The translations under genes and the position numbers were made by a program. A DNA stretch of 64,000 nucleotides from Antedon mediterranea (taxonomy: Eukaryota; Animalia; Echinodermata). Shown in pieces: positions 61,901 to 64,000 of this stretch. How positions within the stretch are numbered: the first letter of the stretch is position 1; each line of letters begins with the position of its first letter. Under the pieces are notes generated by a model. That model did not search any database, was not told the DNA's origin, and saw nothing but the letters and a program-made list of their open reading frames with translations. The stretch covers positions 10,399,432-10,463,431 of the forward strand of contig NC_092679.1 of assembly GCF_964355755.1 (NCBI RefSeq). The letters are read 5' to 3'.

Positions 61901-63225
61901 CTTATGATTTTATCTCCTTCAAGCTACTAAATGTTTTTAGTTTCATTTTCTTTTCAGGGAGTCAACCAGACTTTGTTCACAAACTTCAAAAAGCTTGACA
62001 ACTCATTTTTTTTTATTATATCTGTTTAAGATATATTTCTTGACTTCTTTTGCAATTATTAAGACAATGTTAAAAAAGGTGTTTATTTTGTTATGAATGT
62101 ATTTTGATGAAATCTTGAACTATTTACCGGTATGTGTTTTGTGTTGAAGAGTGAGTTCGATGGTATATCTAGTTCGATTTCCTCATCTTAAGTAATGCCA
62201 ACAAGACCACCATCCCATTTAAACTGTTTTCCTTCTGTTCTAGAGCCTGATCCGGGAAGAGAGCACTATTTAAATACAGATTTTTTTTCTTTACATTTTA
62301 AATTAATTACAATCTTTTATTCACTGTTATTGGGTCATCTACATCAAACCAAGCTGGTTCATTTGTGTTTAGATGGCAATAAGACGAGCATATAAATGAA
62401 AACCAGTAATGGGCAAAACAAATCTGCAAGATACCTTCCTAATAATATAGGTTATAATTACTATCAAATCTCAAATCTCACTTTGGCATATACTTTTAGA
62501 CAAATCAGAAATCTTCAATTAATACATTTATAGAGGTTCAAAGTGGCAATTGAAAACAATATTTGAAAATGTGAGTTTAGAAAAGAACTGAATGCATAAC
62601 ATAATTATCCTAGTGAACGCCAGCTAGTGACCTGGAGGTTGTTGGAGTTCCACATTACTTAAGTATTAATGATGTATTCTTAGTAAAAGTGAAAATTACG
62701 TCAGAGTAGGGCCAAAACATCTGACCAATATTTATCCATCCTTGTAATGTAAAGCTATCCTCTATGTCTATGGTGAATAACTTTACTTCAGGCCATTTTC
62801 TCACAAAATATTACATTACAATAAATATAAATATGTATGGTCTGAGCAATTTGAGACCATTTTTAAATTTCTATGACAAGCCGTTTTTAAGATACAGTAC
62901 GAGTCAAGGTCAAGGGTCAATAGTAAAGAAAAAAAGCATTTCCGGTTGCATTTAGTAAAAATGTTCTATTACAACGAATATAAATATATCTATTCCGAGT
63001 ATTTTGATACCAATATCTTGTCATTAGACCAAAGGGTTATGGAGATATGGCCATTTGATCGCCATTTTGAATTTGGGGCTGTTACCATGGTTACGGGATC
63101 GTGAAAATTTGTTACCTAGCATTTTTGGTATCCTAGCACCATAATAAAGTAAAATCAAGTGAAATCCCACTTTGGGCATTAAAATCCTACGGAACCCCTA
63201 TTTTCATACATGAGGAACCTGACTA
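58943..63225. mobile_element. Academ-type non-autonomous element with tandem repeats of about 330 bp in its left arm
   Basis: TAGTCAGG-TCCTC-TGTAT...ATACATGAGGAACCTGACTA, TSD TAT; repeat units near 59124/60317, 60610 and 60940, mirrored at 62770-63060. Confidence 0.8.
59164..60316. mobile_element. hAT5-like element with 5-bp TSD nested in the Academ TIR
   Basis: TATTG|CAGGGATGTCACCA...TGGTGACATCCCTG|TATTG; the empty site GATATTGGTATC is visible in the sister repeat near 60972. Confidence 0.8.
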
Positions 63226-63381
63226 TATGTAAAAAATAAAGAAAACAAACATTATATACAAAATACATGAAAAGCATAAACATACATAGGTTACATTATT
63301 GGATAAAGGATAATTTTATTAGGGTTCATTTTGGAAATATCCTATAGAAAATATATACTTAAATTTAAACTTATAATGATA

Positions 63382-64000
63382 ACTAGACATGAAACTCGTC
63401 ACTTTGACGAGTTAGTTATCCGCACCACGACAAACGCCACGTGCACGTCATACGTTGGAATATTGCACACAGATAAAGTTTATGTCATTATGACAAGAAC
63501 TGAAGAATATGATATGCTGTTAGTGCTGAATTCTGTCAATTTTGTGTCATATAGTATATACATGCAAACACTACAGTATAATCTGTATACATATTACATA
63601 CAGTGTAGAATAGGTGAAATTACGGGACCCGCCATTTATTCCAATTTTTAACATGGCGACGGTATCAAAATGAAACACTTAGATAGCAATTTCAGAAGGA
63701 AATTATCTTAGGAACAACATATTAACGTGTAGAAGAAATTTGAATACGTAAAATATAGATGCGCACCCTTTTAAATGTGATGAACTATTACGCAAAATAT
63801 GAAAATACAACTTTTTTTATTCAACTGGCCATATGATGACGTCACAACATCCGATTGGCAAAATGTTTACATGAATTCGTATCTACAATCCAATAGCTTC
63901 CAGAAAACGTTTTAATCGTGATTATCACATTTTATTCTTACGAGCTATTACAGAATAAAATTTACTGTAAAGATGAAATTAATGACCCACGTAATTGAAA
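63382..64000 (+). mobile_element. AACTAG-starting interspersed repeat, copy 2 (runs off right edge)
   Basis: Colinear with 27261-27850. Confidence 0.65.

Noticed and set aside
61480-62420. Final TIMM50 exon or a captured gene inside the Academ-type element
   Set aside because: The EEQ-like stretch is on the minus strand, broken by stops, and I could not assign it; no plus-strand terminal TIMM50 exon was found in the window.

Overview
AT-rich, intron-rich genomic DNA from a metazoan, probably a marine invertebrate; the taxon cannot be fixed from sequence. Two spliced genes sit head-to-head with 362 bp between their start codons. (1) Plus strand: TIMM50 (mitochondrial TIM23-complex subunit), 8 coding exons from 12729 to 53109 (395 codons); no terminal exon was found, so it is probably beyond the window. 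(2) Minus strand: a 19-exon gene (12366 to about 1948, about 709 codons) assembled by hand from phase-compatible GT-AG exons. It encodes, in order, an NRF1/Ewg-like DNA-binding region, an acidic linker made of tandemly duplicated 54-nt exons, a vertnin-like OTU cysteine-protease domain, a PHD-type finger and a Ulp1/SENP-like peptidase whose catalytic exon is cut by an apparently young CR1/L2-type LINE. One intron of this gene holds two tandem minimal hammerhead ribozymes in the sense orientation. The rest is densely nested transposons: four Academ-type TAG..CTA elements with 3-bp TSDs, a deleted Sola3, Kolobok-, hAT-, Harbinger- and Mutator-type MITEs, a Crypton-like hairpin element, RTE/CR1/L2 fragments, tRNA-derived SINEs and minisatellites. 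All family assignments come from motif and terminus recognition, not database searches.
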